DNA of 64,000 nucleotides from Nitrososphaerota archaeon (GTDB lineage Archaea; Thermoproteota; Nitrososphaeria_A; Caldarchaeales; JAVZCJ01): NCBI GenBank assembly GCA_038874475.1, contig JAVZCJ010000002.1, positions 12,964 to 76,963 of the forward strand, read 5' to 3'. Shown piece by piece: positions 58,038 to 64,000 of this stretch (position 1 is its first letter; each line of letters starts with the position of its first letter). The notes under the pieces were generated by a model. It saw only the letters and a program-made list of their open reading frames with translations, ran no database searches and was not told where the DNA came from. The position numbers and the translations under genes were made by a program.

Positions 58038-60140
58038 TTACCTCCTACCATATTTTCTATATAAGAAGAATAAAACAATAAAAGCTATTATAATGATTAT
58101 TATACCAATATATATAGTTTCAGTTCTTTGTTTTACAGCTACATGTATTAAACGATATATCGATTCTACTTGATTAGAACCAATTTTAATAGTAATATAA
58201 TAATCTCCTGCATTTGTTTCTGGAGAAACATCTATTGAAAAAATAAATCTTCCAGTTTCTAAAGGTTGAAGAGTTGATATTAAACTTGGATTAATTGTTA
58301 CATTGAATGAAGAAGGCATATCTACAACTTCTACAGCAACATTAGTTAAAGTACTATATCCTGTATTCTTAATATCCAATATAAAGTCTACAATATTTCC
58401 AGCAAATGTTTCTGTATAAAAGTTTTCAGTCACATATGAAATTTCATATTTTCCAACAATATTAAGTGAAAGTGGATAATTATTTTCCATATTGCTTGTT
58501 TTAATGAAAAGAGAAGCATTAATTATAGATGGTTCTATTTTTAATGGAATATTAATTTTAATTGTTAATTTTCTAATATCATTAGGTTTAAGTAAAATGG
58601 ATGATACTACATTATTTTTTTCATCATATATCATATAACTAAAGCCTGATGGGAGGCCATCAATTCTAAATTTTACTATATCTTCTGCTTTTCCAAGATT
58701 TTCAAGAGAAAATGCTATAGATCCGCTTCCACCAGCATATACATCTATGAATGGAGTTTCGATATTTATTCTCGTATTTGGATAACCTTTAAAAATCTTA
58801 AAATTAATTTTCAAAGGCTCTTCATATAAACCTGAATTAGCTTTTAATATTATTGGATATTCTCCTTCTTCAATATTTTCAGGGATGTTTACAGTAAGAG
58901 AGAATTGAATTTCTTCTCCAGAATCTAAAGTTATGGATTTAATAGCCGAACCTGTAGAATCCTTAAGTTCTGCAATCCATCCATTTGAACTTTCTAATGA
59001 AAATTCTATAGTCTTTCTCTCATTAAATAAATTTTTTAAAAATATTTGTAGCGTTTTATCTTCTCCAGAAAGCGATTCAATATATTGAAGCTTCGTAGAA
59101 AGCATTTTTAATTTTCCTTCTGGAACAATTACATTAATTACATGGATATAATCCACATTGTTTGATATAGCATTAATAGATATACTATAATTCCCTTTTT
59201 CTGCATAAAATGGTACTTCTATTCTTAAATTAAGTGGAATGCTTTCACCAGCTTCTAAAATTATATCATTTGTTTCTAATCCTTCTTTATTTAAAATTTT
59301 AACAATCCAATCTTTTGGATAATCTAATAATATTTTAAATCTACTTTTTTCTATATTTGGATTTGTTAAAGTAAATTCAATATTCTTTATTTCACTTGGA
59401 GAAATTGTTAATAAATTATATTTTGAATCAATTATTGGAACATTTGATTTTTCTATAAAGAAATCGATTTCTTTTTCATATATTCTATAACCAACAATTT
59501 TTAAAATTATACTGCTAGATTTTTCAATAAAACCATATGGGATTCCAATTTTAATATTAAAAGATTTAGATTCTCCAGGATTTAATGTAAAAGTATTAGC
59601 TTTAGTAGATTCTATATAGCATTCTATAATCCATGATTTAGGAGCATCTATTTTAATCGAATAATTTTCTTTTTCAAAACCTTTATTAATGCAATTTACT
59701 GGTATAGATAAAATATTTCCTTCATAAGTATTGATTGAATTAAATGGTATAGATACATATAAAGCATCATCTAGATTAACTGTTGGTACTATAAAATCAA
59801 TAGTATCACTTGGAATAGATATACTAATACGTTTATTTTCATAACCTCTTAATCTAAATTCTAATTCATAATTTCCAGATTCGACTGAAAAAGCATATGC
59901 TCCATAACTTGAAAAAATTGAAGCTATAGTAGCACCTGAAGAATATAAAATGACATTCACATTATCTAATTTTTTTCCATGAATATCTTCTACTATTCCA
60001 TGCAAATAAACCTTCTTTGTAACAGTAACAGTTTGTTTACTAACTCCATCGAAACTATAAGAAGTAGAAAATAACAATGAAGATAAACATATTAACAATG
60101 TAAATATAATCGTTATAAATGAAACTTTTTTTCTTATCAT
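58038..60140 (-). CDS. Large extracellular/S-layer-like protein with carboxypeptidase-regulatory-like N-domain and C-terminal TM anchor, co-operonic with ABC-2 transporter
   Basis: 700 aa. Signal/anchor. CarbopepD_reg-like beta-sandwich block HGIVEDIHGKKLDNVNVIL...YELEFRLRGYEN. Multiple predicted beta-sandwich repeats. C-terminal IYIGIIIIIIAFIVLFFLYRKYGRR. Confidence 0.5.
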   Translation of the reverse strand: MIRKKVSFITIIFTLLICLSSLLFSTSYSFDGVSKQTVTVTKKVYLHGIVEDIHGKKLDNVNVILYSSGATIASIFSSYGAYAFSVESGNYELEFRLRGYENKRISISIPSDTIDFIVPTVNLDDALYVSIPFNSINTYEGNILSIPVNCINKGFEKENYSIKIDAPKSWIIECYIESTKANTFTLNPGESKSFNIKIGIPYGFIEKSSSIILKIVGYRIYEKEIDFFIEKSNVPIIDSKYNLLTISPSEIKNIEFTLTNPNIEKSRFKILLDYPKDWIVKILNKEGLETNDIILEAGESIPLNLRIEVPFYAEKGNYSISINAISNNVDYIHVINVIVPEGKLKMLSTKLQYIESLSGEDKTLQIFLKNLFNERKTIEFSLESSNGWIAELKDSTGSAIKSITLDSGEEIQFSLTVNIPENIEEGEYPIILKANSGLYEEPLKINFKIFKGYPNTRINIETPFIDVYAGGSGSIAFSLENLGKAEDIVKFRIDGLPSGFSYMIYDEKNNVVSSILLKPNDIRKLTIKINIPLKIEPSIINASLFIKTSNMENNYPLSLNIVGKYEISYVTENFYTETFAGNIVDFILDIKNTGYSTLTNVAVEVVDMPSSFNVTINPSLISTLQPLETGRFIFSIDVSPETNAGDYYITIKIGSNQVESIYRLIHVAVKQRTETIYIGIIIIIIAFIVLFFLYRKYGRR

Positions 60141-60246
60141 TATTATGCTCCTCCATTATTTTATCAACATCGATATCAAAACCAATATATAAACTTTATA
60201 AATTTCATTATGTTTCAATTTATTTCATTAAACAAAAAATATTAAA

Positions 60247-60957
60247 TTAGGAAGAAATTCCTAAATAAAGTTTACCTAATTCAGAATGCGATAAAAGGTC
60301 TTTTGAATTACCTTTAAATATAACTCTTCCACTAACAAGTAAAAGTGCTTTATCTCCATGTTCTAATGCTCTTATAGCATTTTGCTCAGCTATAACAATT
60401 GTTATACCTAAATCATCTCTTAAACTAACAATATGATCAAATATTTGCATTGCTATATTAGGTGCTAAGCTAGCAGTAGGTTCATCAAACATCATAATTT
60501 CAGGCTCTCTCATAAGAGCCATGGCCATGGCTAACATTTGTTTTTCTCCTCCACTAAGAGTTTCAGCTTTTTTATTATAGAATTTCTTTATTATTGGAAA
60601 TACTTCAGATACTTCAGCTGCTTTTTTATTAGCTTCTTCTTTATCAAGCGTATATCCAGCCATGATTAAATTTTCTTTTACTGTTAAATTTGAAAATACA
60701 TTATCCACTTGTGGAAGATATGCTATTCCTTTTTTTGCAATTTGATAAGGGGGCAAACCTACTAACTCTTCTTCTTTAAATTTAATAGATCCTGAATAAA
60801 TATTTGTTAAACCAAAAATTGTTTTAAGAAGTGTGCTCTTTCCACTTCCATTTGGTCCTACTATAACAACAATATCTTTTCTATTAACTATAGCATCTAT
60901 GTCAAATAATATATGTAGCTTTCCATATCCTGAATTTATTTTTTTAATGTCCAACAC
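60247..60957 (-). CDS. livF: Branched-chain amino acid ABC transporter ATP-binding protein (LivF-like)
   Basis: 236 aa. GPNGSGKST, LSGGEKQMLAMAMAL, MMFDEPTASL. Confidence 0.8.
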   Translation of the reverse strand: MLDIKKINSGYGKLHILFDIDAIVNRKDIVVIVGPNGSGKSTLLKTIFGLTNIYSGSIKFKEEELVGLPPYQIAKKGIAYLPQVDNVFSNLTVKENLIMAGYTLDKEEANKKAAEVSEVFPIIKKFYNKKAETLSGGEKQMLAMAMALMREPEIMMFDEPTASLAPNIAMQIFDHIVSLRDDLGITIVIAEQNAIRALEHGDKALLLVSGRVIFKGNSKDLLSHSELGKLYLGISS

Positions 60958-61768
60958 TTGGAGTCGCCTTTCCTAAATAGCTTTCAATAACTTTTTCATC
61001 ATTCAATACATCTTTGGCTAATCCTTCTGAAATAATTTTTCCTCTAAACATGGCATAAACATAATCTACATATTGTAAAGCTATATCAAGCCTGTGTTCA
61101 ACTATCATAAAAGTAATGTTACAACTTTCTCTAATTTTACATAAATGAGAAAAAATCTCATGTGCAAGAACCGGATTAACCCCTCCAGCAGGTTCATCCA
61201 TTAATATTATTCTTGCATCACACATTAATGCTTTACCAATTTCAAGCAATTTCATTTGTCCTCCACTTAAATGAGATGCAGGTCTATCCCATAAATCTTC
61301 AAGCTTCAATATTTTAAGAATATCAAAAGCTTTATCAATAGCTTCTTCTTCCTTTTTTATCCATGATTTTTTAAATGGTGCTCTTAAGAAGCTTTCTCCA
61401 GGATTATCTTTAAAAGATACTAATAAATTTTCTAAAACAGTAAGTTTTTGAAAAGGAAGTGGAATTTGAAAAGTTCTTACAATTCCTTTATTATAAATTT
61501 TATGAGGAGGCCAACCAGTTATATCCAATCCATTATATTTTATTTTACCTTCTTCAGGTTTATATAAGCCTGCTATAGTATTTATTAAGGTTGTTTTTCC
61601 AGCTCCATTTGGACCTATAAGCATAGTTATAAGTTTCTCTTCAATTTTCATATTGACTCCATCTAAAGCTACTAATCCTCCAAAGCTTTTCTTCAAATTT
61701 TCAATAATTAAGATTTCACTCATTTTTCTCACCATAAAAAAAAGAGGGAAGTGAAAATTCAATGCCAT
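60944..61768 (-). CDS. livG: Branched-chain amino acid ABC transporter ATP-binding protein (LivG-like)
   Basis: 274 aa. GPNGAGKTT, LSGGQMKLLEIGKAL, ILMDEPAGGV. Confidence 0.8.
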   Translation of the reverse strand: MALNFHFPLFFMVRKMSEILIIENLKKSFGGLVALDGVNMKIEEKLITMLIGPNGAGKTTLINTIAGLYKPEEGKIKYNGLDITGWPPHKIYNKGIVRTFQIPLPFQKLTVLENLLVSFKDNPGESFLRAPFKKSWIKKEEEAIDKAFDILKILKLEDLWDRPASHLSGGQMKLLEIGKALMCDARIILMDEPAGGVNPVLAHEIFSHLCKIRESCNITFMIVEHRLDIALQYVDYVYAMFRGKIISEGLAKDVLNDEKVIESYLGKATPSVGH

Positions 61769-63150
61769 GTAATGCTATCTGTAGCAAAGTTATATGTTGC
61801 TACATGTTTCCATTTATATGCTCCAGCTTCTTCAACAATTGCCCAAAGCTCATAGTCCGTAGGAGCTCTATCTCCTGCCTTATCAAGCGTTGTTAATCCA
61901 CTTGCTCCAAAGAAACCTCTTGCTATTGTTGGTAATACTTTTTTAACAGCTTCAGCATCATATTTCCCTACGCATAAAATTGAAAGAGCAATAAGCCAAG
62001 CAGCATCATAAGAATTGTAAGCATATGTTTCTGGTTCTCTTCCAACTTTACTCATAACTTTATCTCTTAAATCAAGGTATCTCTTTGATTTAGTAGGTGC
62101 AAATATTGTATTAAGGAATTTAGTTTTTACACTAAAGCCTGCTGATGTAGGATCTTTACGAATATCCTCAGATAAAGCAGTTCCATCACTACCAAACCAT
62201 TTAACTTTTCCTAAGATATCATATTCAGATGCTTGTTTAAGCAATATAGCTGCTTCTTCAAAAGCAATATCTAATACGCCTACTTTATCAGCACCATATT
62301 TATTAACAAGTTCGTTTACTTTAGAAGCTAATGTACTAACTTCAGCAGAAAATTCCTTAGCTTCAGGATCATATCTTATTTCTGCTGCTACTTCTCCACC
62401 TAATTGTTTAAATTTATCAGCAGCTGCTTTATATAAACCATCTCCCCATGGATCACCTCTCCAAACTGCTACAATTGATCTTACACCACTATCATAAATT
62501 GCTCTTGCTATTGCTGGTCCTTGAGCTAAATCCGTTGGGCAAAGCCTAAAGATAAAGTCATCTTCAACTGCTAATTCTGGAGCAGTTGAAGATTGACTAA
62601 GAATTAAAATCTTATTTGCATCAGCATAACCTTTAATATGTTTTACTTCAGAACTTGCCATAGGACCTATAATGAATTTTACACCTTTGGCATTTAAGCT
62701 AGTAAGTTTTTCCAAAGCAACTGCAGGTTTTACTTCACTATCTTCCACTATAAATTTTACAGTTGAAGGAATACCAAGGTCTTTAAGGAAAGCATTTATT
62801 TCTTCAACAGCTATTTCTACAGCAGCTTTATCATTTTCACCAAAAGAAGCTAACGGTCCTGTCAATGGAAGAAGACCTCCAATTAATATTTCTTTAGGTA
62901 AACCAGTAGGAGCAGTAACGGTTGATGTTTGAAAAACGGTTACTGTAGAGACTCCAGGTGCCCCAACAGTAGTTGTTTGAAAAACAGTTGTTGCAAGAGT
63001 TTTTGTAGAAGCAACTGTCTCAGTAATTGTAGCCGCAGCAGGAGGTGCCGTAAGCATTGAAACTAAATATCCTAAAACTAAGCCTACTACTAATGCTACT
63101 ACTAAAGCTATAGCCATTGTTGTAGTTATTGCTTTTTTCTTATTTCCCAT
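61759..63150 (-). CDS. Liv-type (periplasmic-binding-protein type I) substrate-binding protein with N-terminal TM anchor and Thr-rich linker
   Basis: 463 aa. N-terminal TM, then a Thr/Val-rich stalk, then a PBP type I fold region (GLLPLTGPLASFGEN). Confidence 0.7.
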   Translation of the reverse strand: MGNKKKAITTTMAIALVVALVVGLVLGYLVSMLTAPPAAATITETVASTKTLATTVFQTTTVGAPGVSTVTVFQTSTVTAPTGLPKEILIGGLLPLTGPLASFGENDKAAVEIAVEEINAFLKDLGIPSTVKFIVEDSEVKPAVALEKLTSLNAKGVKFIIGPMASSEVKHIKGYADANKILILSQSSTAPELAVEDDFIFRLCPTDLAQGPAIARAIYDSGVRSIVAVWRGDPWGDGLYKAAADKFKQLGGEVAAEIRYDPEAKEFSAEVSTLASKVNELVNKYGADKVGVLDIAFEEAAILLKQASEYDILGKVKWFGSDGTALSEDIRKDPTSAGFSVKTKFLNTIFAPTKSKRYLDLRDKVMSKVGREPETYAYNSYDAAWLIALSILCVGKYDAEAVKKVLPTIARGFFGASGLTTLDKAGDRAPTDYELWAIVEEAGAYKWKHVATYNFATDSITWH

Positions 63151-63363
63151 TTATAACCACCTTTTTTTTCTTTAAATGAACTTTTCTAAAGTATATAAAA
63201 TTTTTCCTTAAAAAATATATTTTTATTCAAGTTTATGATTAAAAAACTTAATTTTAATTAAAAAGTTATTGAATAAAATACCTATATAAAGGTTTTTTCT
63301 TTTTTAACCAAAAACTTTATACTTAATGTTTATTAATCAAAAAATAATCAAGTGGAGTGAAAA

Positions 63364-64000
63364 ATGATAGATATTATATTAAGAGATGCTATTACTTTTG
63401 CTAATTTGCTTACACTTTTAAGTATTGGGCTTTCTTTAACTTATATGACTACTAAAGTGCCTAATTTTGCTCATGGTTCTTTTGCTACTATAGGAATATA
63501 TATTACTTTAACAATTACTGAATTATGGAAACTTAATATTTATACAAGCTTATTAATAGCGCCTTTTCTTGGAGGATTAGCAGCTTTAAGTTTATATAAA
63601 CTTGTATTAAAACCACTTATGAATAGAGGGGCTTCGCTTGTTTCATTAATGATAGCTACGCTTGCTTTCGACTTAGTTTTATTAAGCTTTTTAAATATTT
63701 ACGCAGATTATCTTATAAGAGCGTTTAAAATAAAATCTAGAACATTTAATCTTAGAGGTTATGATTTAAAGATTGGTGAATATCCAGCAATATTTCCAAT
63801 ATCTTTAATACTTTCTATTTCATTAATAATTATTCTCCATTTATTACTTACAAAAACAAAATTTGGAATTTCTATGAGAGCAACTATAGAAAATCCTTCT
63901 CTTGCAAGCGTTATGGGAATAAATGTAAATTTAGTATATAGCATTTCATGGTTTATTGCAGGCAGTTTAGCAGGAATAGCTGGATGCTTCTTACCTATAA
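63364..64000 (+). CDS. livH: Branched-chain amino acid ABC transporter permease (LivH-like), 5' part; continues past window end
   Basis: Translation from ATG 63364 runs open to the window end: MIDIILRDAITFANLLTLLSIGLSLTYMTTKVPNFAHGSF...ENPSLASVMGINV. This LivH/BPD permease pattern is divergent from livK. The track ORF 63759..63944(-) is antisense to it. Confidence 0.7.
   Translation, partial: MIDIILRDAITFANLLTLLSIGLSLTYMTTKVPNFAHGSFATIGIYITLTITELWKLNIYTSLLIAPFLGGLAALSLYKLVLKPLMNRGASLVSLMIATLAFDLVLLSFLNIYADYLIRAFKIKSRTFNLRGYDLKIGEYPAIFPISLILSISLIIILHLLLTKTKFGISMRATIENPSLASVMGINVNLVYSISWFIAGSLAGIAGCFLPI

Noticed and set aside
63759-63944. Minus-strand 61-aa ORF near the window end
   Set aside because: Antisense to the open livH-like permease frame that starts at 63364 and runs to the window end.

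Overview
This window looks like a very AT-rich archaeal chromosome segment. Supporting this are an RtcB RNA ligase, deoxyhypusine synthase, an ATP-dependent DNA ligase, a Mer-like F420-type reductase, a complete cdhABCDE acetyl-CoA decarbonylase/synthase operon, and surface proteins with Thr-rich linkers and C-terminal TM anchors. The first ~21 kb reads as an accessory/defence-like island. It holds four RHH-VapB/PIN-VapC pairs and one MNT/HEPN pair. Two of the VapBC cassettes sit between their own ~60-75 bp direct repeats. A family of AT-rich intergenic motifs is shared among the toxin-antitoxin (TA) loci. There is a degraded HerA-like ATPase remnant, a 3-repeat CRISPR-like mini-array next to rtcB, and a Nei glycosylase with a NEIL3-like Val2 N-terminus. 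Also in this region is a 1648-aa secreted giant protein built from CARDB repeats and a gingipain (C25)-like clan-CD peptidase domain that appears split by an FG-GAP beta-propeller; a secreted PKD-domain/C-terminal-TM-anchor protein follows it. The middle of the window (21-34 kb) carries housekeeping and sugar/amino-sugar genes plus a membrane-tethered wHTH regulator. The 3' half is a carbon-monoxide/acetyl-CoA (Wood-Ljungdahl) neighbourhood: a Cys-rich Lrp regulator, cdhABCDE, a RACo-like corrinoid activator, CooC, a probable CooT, a GltD-like oxidoreductase and an ECF-S-like/DUF4430-like pair. Around it sit an unexplained module of two small paralogous proteins with two ArsA-family ATPases, a pair of zinc-ribbon membrane paralogues next to an Mrp/NBP35 ATPase, an ABC-2 transporter with a large surface protein, and a Liv-type ABC system. 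No tRNA or rRNA genes were recognised, and no cas genes.
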